DNA of 64,000 nucleotides from Chiloscyllium plagiosum (GCF_004010195.1 NC_057720.1:13719189-13783188); one strand, 5' to 3'; positions 13,111-26,393 are shown, counted from the stretch's first letter. Program-made: numbers and translations. Notes: generated by a model from the sequence alone, not told the origin.

Positions 13111-13964
13111 AAAGTTTTCGGGATTAATTGAGGTTATATGCAGTGAATGGGCTTTTCTTTAAAAAAAAAGCCCATTACTTTAAACAACAAAATTATAAGC
13201 ACATTCAATACTTATCTCAACTTACTTTGTGTCCTGAGATCTGCCCATGGAGGATAATGAGCAAGACAGTATGGCAAGTATAAGGGCAAAAAGTGTGTTT
13301 GGGGAGCATTGGTTGACATGAGGTAGAATCTAAGTTTACAGAGCTATAAAATGCTATGTATTTGGTAGAAAGCACAGGTTGGCAAGGTGATCGTGATGGA
13401 TCATGTGATGTGATTGGCCATACGTTGACTTGGAGTGTGTGTGTCTAGGGCATGGGTTGACATTGAAGGCATTGGGAGCTGACGGGATGGTCACGTGAGC
13501 ACAGGTTGGCATAGGGGTGTGTATGAGAGGGTGCGAGGTGTTAAAGAGGTTGTGTTTTTCTTAATATCTTCACAAAATGCCTTGGCCCCATGACAAACAT
13601 TTTGTTTAAAATACTTGCACAAACAACAGCCTTTGTACCGTTTCGGGGGTAAAACACTTTTCACCTGATCCCTCCTCTCCCTGCCGAATATAAATCCGAA
13701 CTTTCTATGACACAGGTTCATAGATCCCGGAAACGTTCTGACACTGCCCTCCTGACCCGGGAACACAAATCCATCTATTTACCTGGCTGTATAGAACCAA
13801 CATTTTCAATATTTGCAACTCAGGGTACATAAGTCTGAAACCTGTCCTGTCAATGTATTGGTCAAAACATTGGTATCAATTTGTCGACATTCATGCAAAG
13901 TAACAACTGATAAGCCTGCATTAACTGGATGGACTGGGGTTTCAAACATCATTTCAAACACTGT

Positions 13965-14036
13965 GGGCGGCACGGTGGCACAGTGGTTAGCACTGCGGCC
14001 TCACAGCGCCTGAGACCCGGGTTCAATTCCCGCCTC
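13965..14036 (+). mobile_element. Isolated tRNA-derived head of a V-SINE between 57-bp direct repeats
   Basis: gggcggcacggtggcacagtggttagcactgcggcctcacagcgcctgagacccgggttcaattcccgcctc, then an abrupt end. Confidence 0.9.
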
Positions 14037-14379
14037 CAAAGTAACAACTGATAAGCCTGCATTAACTGGATGGACTGGGGTTTCAAACATCATCCTTAGA
14101 TTTTTAAACTTGTTGAACTGGTTCAGTCCATCATGACTGATCGTATGCACTGACTGCTACAAGTTGATAGCACAGTGCCTGGTTAAGGCTCACACTCACC
14201 TTTCTTTTATTAAAGTTAAGATTTTACTACTAACAATAGCACAAGCTTCCATTTTGGGAACACCTTGACTCTTCAATAGGTTCATTGAAGAACTTTTGTT
14301 AAGTGTTCTGGTACTCCAGAAACTGTTTCATGCCTCTTCAGAAACAGAAGCAGACTTTATTCTTCTTCAAAGAGAATTG

Positions 14380-15268
14380 GGTAGTGTTCAAGCTTGGACC
14401 AACAATTGGCAATTGACATTTGCATCACCAGGCAATGATCCATCTCCAACAATACACACATTTAACAATGCACACATTATGGAATTTTGCACTAACAGCA
14501 ATTCAGAAGTTACCACTAGCCAGAAACGTAGTTGGGGCAGGCATATACATATACTGTAGCTACAACAACAGATAATGTCGGAATTTGGCACTGAGTAACT
14601 CACCTCCTGATTCCTCAAAGCCTGTCCAATATCTACAAGGCACAGGTCAGGTATGTGATGGAATACTCCTCACTTGCCTGGATAAGTGTTGCTCCAAAAA
14701 TACTCACAAAGCTTGACACCATCCAGGAAAAAGGATGGCATGCCATCTAGCTCCATTAAACACTTACTTGTTCGTTCTGGGCATAGTGACAGCACTGTGG
14801 ACTGGTACAGTGGTTCAGTGGTTAGCACTGCTGCCTCACAGCGCCAGGGCCCCGGTTCATTTCCACCCTTGGGCAACTGTCCGTGAGGAGTTTGCATATT
14901 CTCTCCGTGTCTGTATGGTTTTCCATTGGGTGCTCTGGATTCTTCCCACAGTCCAAAGATGTACAAGTTAGGTGGATTGGACATGCTAAATTACCCATAA
15001 TGTTCAGAGATATGCAGGTTTTATGCATTAGCTTTGGGAAATGAGTGTTACAGGATTAGGGTAGGGGCATAGGTCTGGTTGGGATGGTCTTTAGAGGGTT
15101 GGTAGGGATTTGATTTTGTTCACGGGAAAGGTACAGCAACAACCTATCAAGACCTCTTTTGAAAACATCCTCAAAATCTGCAGCAGATACATGGGAACAC
15201 AACCACCTGCAAGTTCCCTTCCAAGTTATATTGCATTCTGAATTGGAACTGCATCACTGTTGCTGGAT
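14380..15268 (+). mobile_element. Decayed non-LTR retrotransposon 3' region (second family)
   Basis: atctacaaggcacaggtcagg..gatggaatact (IYKAQVR..MEY), cttgacaccatccagg, gcagatacatgggaacac..cctgcaagttcc. Confidence 0.65.
14803..15112 (+). mobile_element. V-SINE (HE1-like)
   Basis: tggttcagtggttagcactgctgcctcacagcgccaggg head followed by the V-domain. Confidence 0.88.
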
Positions 15269-16590
15269 CATACAGCCATACAGCATGGAAACAGACCCTT
15301 CAGTCCAACTAGTCCAAGTCGACTGAACTAGTCCAAGCCTTTCCTATCCATGCCCTTATCCAAATGTCTTTCAAACATTTTGTAACTATAAGTGCATCCA
15401 TCACTTCCTCTGGCAGTTCATTCACACTAACCATTCTCTGTGTAAAAATGTTGCCCCTTATTGTCCTTTTTAAACCTTTCTCCTCTCACCTTAAAAATAT
15501 GCCCCCTAGTTTTGAACTCCCCCACTTTAGGGAAAAGACTTTTGCTGTTCACCTTCTCTATGCCCCTCACGACATTATAAACCTCAATAAGGTCACCCCT
15601 CAACTTCTTATGCTCCAGCGAAAAATGTCTCAGCATATCCAGCCTACTTTTCTAACATAAACCCTCCATTCCTAGCAACATCCTGGTAAATCTTTACTGA
15701 AGTTTCTCCAGTTCAATAATATCCTTCCTATAACAGGGTGACCAGAACTCCATACAGTACTCCAGAAGAGGCTTTAACAATGCCCTGTACAATCTCAACA
15801 TGATGTCCCAATTCCAAATACTCAAAGGTGTGAGAAATGAAGGCAAGTGTGCTAAACAACTTCTTAACTACCCTGTCTACCTGCGACACAAACTTCAAAG
15901 AATTATGTACCTGAGTCCCTGGTTTTCTCTGCTCTACAACATTATCCAGGGCTCTTACATTAATTAGATCAGTCCTGTCCTTGGTTGTTTTACCAAAATG
16001 CCACATCTTACATTAATCCAAATTGAAATCCTCAGTCCATTTATCCAATTAATCAAGATCTCTTTGCAATCTTAAATAACTTTTCTCACTGTTCATTATA
16101 TCACGAATGTCTTCTACATTCTCACCCAAATCATTTGTATAAACGAGAAACAAAAATGGACCCAGTACTGACCCCTTTGGGACATCCCGAATCAGAGGCC
16201 TCCAGTCTGAAAAACAACCTTCCATGACCACCCTCTGTATCCAATTGGCAAGTTTATCCTGAATCCCATGTGATCTAACTTTACTAAAGTCAATGTAAAC
16301 AACATCTACCACTCTGACCTCATCAGTTTTTTTTGGTTACTTCCTCAAAAAACTCAATGACATATGAGAGAGATGATTCCCTTGCACAAACCATGCTGAA
16401 TACCCCTAACCGTTCCTTGCCTCCAAGTGCATATAGATCTTTCAGAATCCCTTCTAACGACCTACTCACCACAAATATCAGACGCACAGGTCTATAATTC
16501 CCAGACTTCTCCTTACAGTCTTTCTTAAATAAAGGCACAACATTAGCTACCTCCAGTCCTCCAGAACCTCACCTGTGGTTATGGATGCTC
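15268..16590 (-). mobile_element. CR1 LINE RT and 3' end
   Basis: ORFs 16323-16538 (PLFKK..NYRPV), 16049-16312 (VDVVYIDFSK..VPKGSVLGPFLF) and 15427-15636 (LRGDLIEVY). Confidence 0.92.
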
Positions 16591-16769
16591 CTCGGATGCT
16601 GCCTGACCTGCTGTGCTTTTCCAGTGCCACACGTTTTGCCTGATGAATATTCCAGGATGCCAGTCAGTGATAGACAGAACTGGAACCATTACTTACACAC
16701 TTTTATTGGCATTAATTTACACTGTTACACACAAGAATACACCTCCAAATCCAAATCGGTCTAGTCCAT

Positions 16770-16850
16770 TCTGAAGAAGGGTCACTGGAACCGAAACATT
16801 AACTCTGCTTTCTCTCCTTAATTTTCCCAGCTATTTCTATTTTTGTTTCC
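16770..16850 (+). mobile_element. PLE terminal fragment (family C) with hammerhead core
   Basis: CTGAAGA-AGGGTC-ACTG-GAACC-GAAA-CATTAACTCTG at 16771. Confidence 0.65.
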
Positions 16851-18489
16851 AATTCCAATTCAGTCTAGATCTGTTTATAAAGCACAAGCGTATCTCTAGT
16901 TAATGCCCAACAGCTGTGTAAAATTAAACACAACTATAAAAGAATTAACAAAGGTTTTGTAGAAAAAGTGCTGTCAAATCCATATCCGTTTTTTTTATTC
17001 CAGAATCAGGGTCAGAGCAGTAGCAGAGCATGGGGCTGCAAAATCAAATTCCAGTAATTATACAGGATGGACAGCAAGTCCAAATGACAGTGACTGACTG
17101 TGCTAGTACCTTCAATATTTGGCTGCTACCAGCCTGTGGATATGGCCAACAGCACATTGGCACTTCCTTGTAACACAGAGGGATTCTATTAATTGGATGT
17201 TGGGATTAACTCTCAAAGCTGTGGCCCCCACCATACAGTTGTGAACAGTGTTGTGCCAAAGCGAAGAAGTTGTGACAGAGACAAAGGGGACAGGTTGACA
17301 TTGCAATGTGCTTTCCACTTGGCAGCCAACGAACAATTTGGCTGAGAAGTCCTATCTAAGGCTCCATGCTTAGGCTTCAGCATCACTATGGAGTGTAAGC
17401 TGCCTCGTAGACAATAAAGCTGCAAATGCGGCAAGTTTTCAAGCTCCCTGCCAAAACTCAGAGCTTGGAGTTCCAGATTAGCTCCAGAAGTAAATGGAAA
17501 CATGCTGTCAATCACTAGCATAACTCTTCTCTTTCTGTATGTAATTGCACTGAAGACCAGATCCTTCGTTCACCTATAGAGTCATTAACGAGCCTATTTC
17601 AGCTGAGAACTAATTAATTCTTGTAATGTCCTTTGCAAGGCTTTTCTTCTAATTTAGCTAGAATAAAGCACTAATGTCACTGCTACTGTTTAGACACAGC
17701 CAGACTCTGCCTATTCATTTGTGGCAGTAATTGCTGGTCATACCCTCACTAATGGACATTACAGTCTAGTGTTCACTGTCAGAATAAGCAGCAATTTCCT
17801 GACTCCAAACAGACTCTTTTGTGCAAAGCTGCTAGAAAGTGTCAGCACCAAAAGAATAAGTGATTTTGCTTCAATCAGGCTGATAGAGCCAGTTCTGTTT
17901 ACAGCCAGGCAAGAGAAAAAAGACACCTTCTTTACTGTCCCAACTAGCCCCTTCACACAGCCACCAGCAGCATTCAGAAGGAAAACAATCAACAGTTAGC
18001 CAAGCATTCCTTCTTCCTGTGATTAGAACTGCTATAAAACTGATTATATGGCCACTGAAAATCAAATGCATTCTCAATATCCTGTTGGAGCTTTAATTAT
18101 GACACTTAGCCGAAAGTATCTTGTCGACAAAACCACTGCATGAGATCAAGAAGGCGGGGGGAGGGGGGTGAAAGAGGTAAATTACATCCCATGCAATAGC
18201 AACTTGCACTTAGGTGGCATGCTTCAAAGGTGTAAAACATCCCCAGGCCATATTATCACGTAAAATATCACAGCAAAGTCGGAAACTTCCACTCTGGAGT
18301 AGATGTTTGAGGGTGAGGTCACCAGTAAGTGCCACTGTCGCTCGGGGTCAAAGAAGAAGACGGTGCCCCTGCCATTACAAGGTTGCAGCCACATTGACAG
18401 GGCACCCAGGGAGGTATTAACTCCTGGTAAGCTGGGAGCCTTGGGGATTATCTGTCGTGTTCAGTTTCACAGTCGTTCTTTGCACTTTG

Positions 18490-18790
18490 CAACAGTGGTT
18501 GGTAAAATTTAAATTCAATTAATAAATCTGGAAGACAAAATTGCCTCAATGATGGTGGTCATAAAAGCTATTATTGATTGTTGTAAAACAAAATTTGGTT
18601 CACTAATGTACTTTCAGGAATGATATCTGCCATCCTCTCCCGGCCTGTCCTACATATAACTCCAGAGCATCAGCAATGTGGTTGGGTCTTAACTGTTCTC
18701 TGAATTGGCCCAGCAAATCACTCAGATTAAGGGTAACTAGAGATGTGCAACAAATATGGGCCTTGGCAGTGACCCCCATGCCAATCCCAG
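18490..18790 (+). mobile_element. SINE family B, degraded
   Basis: ggttcactaatgtactttcaggaa..cagcaatgtggttgggtcttaactg, matching 8600-8700. Confidence 0.65.
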
Positions 18791-19669
18791 CAAGTTAACT
18801 ATTTTGCCTGCTGCACACCACTTTGATGCACATTTCAGCCACTCACAGGTAACTGGGACAGGGAATTTAATTTGGAGGAGATTGCGGTTTATTTAGCATG
18901 TGTAACATGGAAGTGTTTGAAAAAAGGCATCATGACATTTACAGTTAGAAAGCTCGAATCAAAATTTAAAATTCTCTGGCCTTAATAGTTCCTGAAATTG
19001 AGAATCTGAGTTTTGGCCTTCTGCTCAATTAAGTTTCCTCACCCACCTTTGTTGCTGCTCTTGACAGCAGCATAAGATTTCACCCCAAATAACACGTGGA
19101 GCCTTTGGGAAAGGCAATCATAACGTTGCAAATGAGGCTGGCTTTAAGAGTCGTCCTAAAGAGGTAAAAAGACTGAGAGGGGTAGGCCGAATTCAGGGCA
19201 TGGCCGATTGAAAGCACAGCCCCAGTGGTGGGACAATGTAAGTCAAGATGTGTCAGGGGGAGTATAGGCACCCTAGAGATTTATGAAACTGGAGGAGGTT
19301 GCACACATAGGGAGGGATAATGTCATGGACAGAATTGAAAATGAGTATGAGAATTCTAAAATTGATGGGTTGCTGCTTTGAGAAGCAGTGTGGGGAGGAG
19401 AGACAGAGAGAGATATCAACAGAGAGAGGCGGAGAGGCAATTCTCCATCAGAAGCCCATTTGGCAATGAGATCACAATTCAAATGTTTACCCATTTCACA
19501 CCAGAAAGCAGCAGAGCTGACAAAGTTGACTGAATATTAGAAGTATTACTTCAATGGAAAATTAAAAGGATCCTGATTTGTTTCCAAAGAAATACAGATA
19601 AATAATTATTCTTTAGTTGCTGGTTGAAATTGTAATTCTATAGGTTAATAATTCTACAAATCATGCAAC

Positions 19670-19862
19670 TATGCTGGCTGGTTTGCAAAGTAAAGTGATG
19701 CCAACAGCATGGGTTCAGTTCCCACACTGGCTAAGGTTATCACAAAGAACTCTTCCCTTGCCTGATGTTTAGTGACCCTCAGGCCAATCCACCACCAGTC
19801 ATCTCTCTCTAATGACAGAATAGCCCTAAGGTCCAGGAGGACTATGCTGACTTTACCTTTAC
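19670..19862 (+). mobile_element. Third tRNA-like SINE family
   Basis: B-box-like gggttcagttccc; ccaccagtcatctctctctaatga also occurs reversed at ~492-530; tail ctttacctttac. Confidence 0.5.
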
Positions 19863-19914
19863 TAGTCCGTCAAATCTGGTTGGACATAGTTGGGAACTTT
19901 CACCACATGATGCC

Positions 19915-20385
19915 CTTTGCATTGGAGGCAATTCGGAGAAGGTTCACTCGATTAGTTCCAGAGATGAAAGGCTTGTCTCATGAGGAAAGATTAAGCAGTT
20001 TAGGCCTATACTCACTAGAATTCAAAAGGATGAGAGGAAATCTGATTGGTGTCTTCAAGATGTTAAAAGGGATTATCTACAATAAGAGTCCTAGTTTTAG
20101 GTTAATGGGTGGCAGATTTAAAACAGGGATGAGGGGAAATTACTTCTCTCAAAGTGTTGTGAATCCATGGAAATCACTATCCTAGAGTTTGGTGTACATG
20201 TGGCACTGAGTAGATCGAAGGAAGAGATGGACAGATTTTTAATTAATCACGGATTAAAGGGTTATGGAGGGTGTGCAGGAAAGTGGAGCTGAGGCTGAGA
20301 TGAGACCAGTTATGACTGTATTAAATGGCAGAGTAGGCTTGAGGGGCTGAATGGCCTATGTCAGCTCCTGGTTCTTTTGTTCCAG
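19915..20385 (+). mobile_element. CR1 LINE 3' fragment
   Basis: ALEAIRRRFTRLVPEMKGLSHEERLSSLGLYSLEFKRMRGNLI within ORF 19772-20185. Confidence 0.9.
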
Positions 20386-22107
20386 GACCTGCCCCTACAC
20401 TCTAGTCATTGGCTGGCTGACACATCCATCATGCTGATACGCTGCTTTGCCAAGCCAATCAGGGAGCAAACAGAATATGCATTTCGTGATTGGATGATAT
20501 CTCAATTGTCGGTCAGCCTTTCATTCACTTTAAGAACATGAAGAGACCATTCGGCCATCTGAGCCTGTGGCATCTTGAATTGAGATCATGGCTGATCTGT
20601 GACCAAATTCTATACTCCCTCCTCACCCTATGTTCATGTTCAATATTGAAACAGAAGTGTTCCAGCACATTTAAAAATTTAACCTTTGTCCTGGGTTGGC
20701 TTGGAGCAGCATCCTAGAGGTTAGACAGCACATCCTGGAGACTCCAGAGCAACTGTGGGAGGGTTGGAACCTATACAGTGCAAATATTTGACCCATAAAA
20801 GAGAATTTGAAGGGTTAAAGTCAGCACTTTGCAACGATCTTGTCTAGATTCATACTAACTTCCTAGAAAGCCTGCTAACAAGTGATCGTTTTGTGTACAT
20901 TTGTTAGTTAGCACTGCCACTAAGCTGCTTACTGGACCTCGCTACAATCAAAATAACTTTTTAACAGATTAATGTTTAAGCTGAAATAATTAGAGGAATA
21001 AAGACGGGGGAGCAGCCTATTTATATTTTAATAAGCCTTGAACCTAACCTTGCAAAATGCCGACGAATTAAGGTGCTGCAACTATTAATGCCCCGTGACA
21101 ACAAAAAATACTAATTGCCATCAACTCTAGCTTGAACGGTACAAAACCAAATGAATTTCCAGCAATATGCAGTGCCCTGTCGTTTTTTTCACTGAACAGA
21201 GTAGAAATTAGACCAATACACTAAGTGTACAAAGGAAGTATGAAAGGGACTCTTGTTTTAGTATTGCCAGCTAGGTTTCAGCAAACCCGACATTATCTAC
21301 TCACTGCTTTAATGACTTCCTGCTGAGTACGATTCTGTGAACGTCTTGGCAGCAGGACTAAGAATAGCATTAAATGGAAGGTTATCTGGGCATTACACTC
21401 GCTGTAACATGCAATTAACTCTCCTCTTCCATTTTCATTACACAATTATTCATTAATGTCAATTTAATTTTATGCATTGTTCTACATGACCGATGGCTGA
21501 TTACGGGCCTTTCACTTCAATATCCCAAGTTAACTGGTGCCAGCTTCAGTCAGTGCTAGCTAATTGCAACTTAGTCCAGACAATTCCTCCCAGTTTTGCC
21601 CTCCAGTAATGGAACAACAAATCCCTAGCCAGGTAAGGAATTTAACAGCTATTTAGTTGAGTTGGAGCTCCAGCGCATTAAGGTAACGCTGACCCCTTGC
21701 AGTATCTCATCACTAAAAGCATACCTTCCAGCTTTCCCTCACTTCTGGCAAACTGCTATTAACACTTCTGAATTTATTGCGACAACAGCCTACTGTTCTC
21801 TTCATTTCCAAGAGCACTTAGCAGCACCTTGAAAGTGAAAAGCAAGAGGAATGCAGAGGGTGGGGGAGCAGATCAAAGACACAGCCAGAAACAGGGGTTT
21901 TGATGAGACGTTTGAAGCACATCAGGAATAGAGGGCAAGATGAATAATTTCGGAAAGGGATCCCCAGAGGACAGCGTAGGCTTAGGGACAAAGAGCAGCC
22001 CAAAAAGAGAGAGAGAGAGAGAAACATAGGATGCAAGGTCGCACTGAAAAGATTTATGTGGATGAGTTGTGTGAGGATATGGGTGAAGAACCGGGGAGGA
22101 GTAGGAA

Positions 22108-22280
22108 ATTGAAACAAAAACAGAACTTGCTGGAAAAGTTCAGCGGGTCTGGCAGCATCTGTGAAGAGAAATTAGAGTTAATGTTTCAGGTCCAGTGATC
22201 CTTCCTGAAAACAGTGCTTCCAGACCTGTTGAGCTTATCAGCAATTTCAGTTTTTGTTTCTGATTTACAGTATCTGCAGT
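22108..22280. mobile_element. PLE family C fold-back element
   Basis: aacaaaaacagaacttgctggaaaagttcagcgggtctgg ... ccagacctgttgagcttatcagcaatttcagtttttgtttc. Confidence 0.7.
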
Positions 22281-22367
22281 TCTTTCGGTTTTTATTTAGT
22301 AGGAAATTAAAGCTGAGCACAGTGGCGGTATCTTTCCTCTGAGCCAGGAGGTCTAGGTGCAAGTCCT

Positions 22368-22500
22368 TCATCAATCTTGATGAAGGGATCCAGCCCGAAA
22401 CATCGATTCTCCTGCTCTTCGGACGCTGCCTGACCTGCTGTGCTTTTCTAGCGCCACACTCTCGACTCTGACCTCCAGCATCTGCAGTCCTCACTTTCTC
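22368..22500 (+). mobile_element. PLE family A terminal with hammerhead and 15-bp TSD
   Basis: TTGATGAAGGGATCCAGCCCGAAACATCGA at ~22377; TSD ctaggtgcaagtcct at 22353-22367 and 22501-22515. Confidence 0.85.
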
Positions 22501-24044
22501 CTAGGTGCAAGTCCTGCCTGCTCCTAGAGCATCTCTGAAGAGGTTGATTCGAAAATATCTAACCTCAGGCACACGTAACACAGAGAGAGACTTTATTCGG
22601 AATGAGGAGGCAGGCTACAGAGGCTTGGGTCAGTTGGACCTTATGAAAGGAGGATGGTGCTGAAGTCAAGGGTCATTCCAGAAATTAGAAGCAGGGAAAG
22701 CATGGCTGAGAGCTCCTTTCGGGGAGGAAATGGGCTAGGATGAGAGTGGAACTCAGCAGGATGGAAGCAGATGTTGGCCATTTAGCCCCTTGATTCTACT
22801 TTGCCATTCAATAAGATTGTGGCTGGACTATTTGTGTTTTGAATTCCCATCTACTTCTGTTAAACTGGAAAGTGCTAGCAATGCTATATTGCTGTAACTG
22901 AGCCCTTTCATGGACTGATATGGCTTTTAAAGAAAGGCATATACCTAAAGACATAGATTGAAGCAAATCCAGGAGATCCATGTCGAATAAACAAACTGTC
23001 TGAACTGAAATTGCCATTTAATTTAGGCAATGAAACCAGGCAACTGCGTTGGCAGCAAAAAATTCACTTCACCTGTTTCAATTTACAATTTTATGATAGT
23101 TTCACATCATGAGTGATTAAAGAGCTCACCTAGCAGTTATCCAGCTTGAAAAGACAAAGACATACAGACTTGGGAATATACAAATGAACCATACTTCAGT
23201 AGTTTCTTTTCAGCAGCAGCGCAAACAGGAGGAATTTTGGATTCATGACATCAGACTTGGATCTCTCTCACACCGGTTTCTCCTCATCATCTCAGGATAC
23301 AGAAAGGATTAGTAAAGACCATTGAAAGTAACAGAGAGTTTGAAAAGGAAAACAATATTCCACATTGGTTGCCAATGTCATGTAGAGGATGTCACTTAGG
23401 GCTCAAAAGAGAGGGATGGTAATTGGATGTGTATCAGACTGAAATTACTATAAATAATGTTGCTCCTCAAGTGTTATCTATAATCGACTGCAAAGGACTT
23501 TAGGAGATTCTTGGGATATCTGATGACATTAATATAGCAAGGTCTGAGCTAATATATTTTGGAATGATAGAAATGACCAGAAATATAAAATAAGTGCAGT
23601 AATTTTAAAGGATTAAATGTAGAGATACTTTGTTCAACATTTCACAAACCTTTAAAAGTGGAGTGACAAGCTGACAAAATTCCTAAAATGATGCATTGAG
23701 ATTAAAAAAAAGACTAATAATTGTACTTCAAATGAAAAATGCTCAATGATAGAAAGCAATGGGATTTGTGAACTCGAGTCCAGAAGATATTAAAAGCAGC
23801 ACTCAAGTGTGGATAACACCATAAAAATGCTAATGGAATACTAGGCTTCATGGCAAGAGGTAAAGAACATAAAAGTGATGGCAAATCTATATAAACTCTC
23901 CCTAATTGGAGCAGTGTTTGCAGATTTTGGCCTCCATAGAGACAGGATATTGAGATGATGCCACGTAATAGATTTGTGAGAAATGTTATCAGCTATGGGA
24001 TAAAAGGGACAGTACCAACATCAAGTGGAGCCTAAGTGCCAGCA

Positions 24045-24333
24045 TAGAACATAGAACATAGAACATAGAAGAATACAGCGCAGTACAGGCCCTTCGGCCC
24101 TCGATGTTGCGCCGATCCAAGCCCACCTAACCTACACTAGCCCACTATCCTCCATATGCCTATCCAATGCCCGCTTAAATGCCCATAATGAGGGAGAGTC
24201 CACCACTGCTACTGGCAGGGCATTCCATGAACTCACGACACGCTGAGTAAAGAATCTACCCCTAACATCTGTCCTATACCGACCACCCCTTAATTTAAAG
24301 CTATGCCCCCTCATAATAGCTGACTCCATACGT
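24045..24333 (-). mobile_element. Young CR1 3' end with (TAGAACA)n microsatellite tail
   Basis: ORF 24132-24329 reads RGHSFKLRGGRYRTDVRGRFFTQRVVSSWNALP; CpG-rich, with a tandem tail at 24045-24070. Confidence 0.9.
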
Positions 24334-25120
24334 GAGGAACTTGTTAAATGTGTTCAAGAAAGTTTTCTTTATCAAGATGAAGACGTCATACTAGGCAAGG
24401 AGTAAACCTGACCTCTTGAGAAATAAGGCAGATTGGAGTGTTATTGGGGAAGCTCTTTGGGACTAATAATCATAATTCTATTAGTTTTAAAATAGTTATG
24501 GAAAAGGATAGGCCTTATATAAAAATTAAATTTCTTAATTGGATTAAGGCAAATTTTGAAGGCACGACACAAATAGTCTTTCGCAGGTAAAAGAATGGCT
24601 GGTAAGTGGGAGGCTTTCAAAAGTGAGATAATAAGAGTTCAGAGGCGTTACCTTATATGTCTGACTTAGAGGAAAGGGTAAGGCTAGTAAGAGTCAGGAA
24701 CAATGGATAAAAATATTGAGACTCTGGCCAAAAATAGGAAGGAGGTATGTTAGGTATAAACAACTGAGATCAAATTATTCTCTTGCAGTGTATAAGGGGA
24801 GTAAGGACATTCTTAAGTGGGAAATCAGGAGGGCAAAAAATGGAGTTCGAGATGGTCTTGGCAGATTAGATTAAGGAGAATCCAAAAGAGCAAAGAGCAA
24901 CTGGGAAGAGAATAGAGCCACTTTAAATCAATGAGGTCATCAATGTGTGGAACTACAAGAGATGGGAGAAATACAAAATAAATATTTCACATCAGTTTTT
25001 AATGTGGAGAAAGATAGGGAGGCTAGGCAACTCAGGGAAATCAGTATTGATATCTTGAAAACAGACAACATCACAGAAGAGGAGGTACTGGAGATCTTAA
25101 AAAAGATAAAGGTGGATAAG
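24334..25120 (+). mobile_element. Older CR1 fragment (endonuclease end and tether)
   Basis: aatcataattctattagttttaaaatagttatggaa (SDHN-like region); ORF 24947-25138 has EMGEIQNKYFTSVF..ITEEEVLEILKKIKVDK. Confidence 0.85.
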
Positions 25121-26393
25121 AGACTCACCGGCCTATAGTTACTAGGGTTATCCCTACTCCCCTTCTTGAACAAGGGAACCACATTTGCTAGCCTCCAGTC
25201 TCCTGGCACTACTCCTGTAGACAACGAGGACATAAAAATCAAGGCCAATGGCTCTGCAATCTCCTCCCATGTTGGGCCAAATGGTCTATTTCCTTATTGT
25301 AAGTATAATGCGATGCACATAATTATCAGCACAGCGCAGCAAGAAAGTAGATATTCGGAAATGTTACCAAAAGTTGGTCCAAGTGGTGGCTTTAAGGATG
25401 GGATGGAGTAAAAGTATAGAGCAATTTAGACAGAGTATTCTAGAGAGAAGAGGCATACAAATGCATGCACACCGGGGGCAGAATGAAAGGAGACAGAGTG
25501 TTTCGAGACTTTGGTGTGGAGGAGCTCAAGAGCTTTATGAGAGGGGTGGGAGGCTGGAGATGGTTCGTGAGTTAGAAGGCAGTTGCTTCCAATACTTCAG
25601 GGATCTAAATGATGGAGGCAAAAATTGAAATTGCTGGAAAAGCTCAGCAAATCTCGCAGCATCTGTGGAGAGGAATCAGATATGATGTTAGGGGTCGCGT
25701 GACCCTTCCACAGTACAGAGCTTGGAAACCAGATTAAAAATAAGATTTTTAGAACAGGAAGTAGGAGAGACCTTTGTTACTTAGACATTTGTGAGAAAGT
25801 GGAACTTGTTATTCCATTCAGTGACTGAAAGAGAGATCATGTCAAGTAAAGACGTGAAGGTGCTGGTGTTGGTGTGGGGTGGACAAGGTCAGAAGTCACA
25901 TGAAATCAGATTACAGTCCAACAGGTTTATTTGAAATCACAAGCTTTCATAGTGCTTCTAACAATAAAGATATTGCCTCTCTGGTCAAAGCAAATGGGGA
26001 TAAAGACATGGGATACTGCTTGTGGGGTTAGAAAATCAACATGGGCACTTTAGGTCAAATAGTATGTTTCTAGATTGTAATTACAATTTTTGTTTGTTCT
26101 TAGGGTATAGCTGGCAAGACTAGTATTTGATGACTGTTCCTTAATTGCCACTAAATAGTTGCTCAGGCATTTTTGAGAGCAGTTAAGAGTCATCCACTTG
26201 CCATGGGACTGAAGTCACACTTAAGTCAGCCAAGGTTGAGATTGAAGAATTCCTTCCATGAATGGCATTAGTGAATTAAATGGGCTTTTACAACATTTGA
26301 TGATGACTTTACAGTCACCATCATTGACACTATCAGATGTATAGATTTGAACCTGTGTCTCTCGGACTTTAGCCTGGACCCCTGCATTAGTGA

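Noticed and set aside
17004..17097. IRVRAVAEHG after a good acceptor, resembling a fibronectin type III strand
   Set aside because: It stops after 30 codons, has no donor or partner exons, and the similarity is too short.
18300..18420. PLP..KVAATL resembling the HARBI1-type LPVAVKVTAAL motif
   Set aside because: It requires a frameshift and has no supporting flanking motifs.
24045..24070. Short tandem repeats (TAGAACA)n, (CTAAT)n and (TATGTTC)n as CRISPR-like or independent satellites
   Set aside because: They are LINE/SINE 3' tails with no spacers, in a eukaryotic context.
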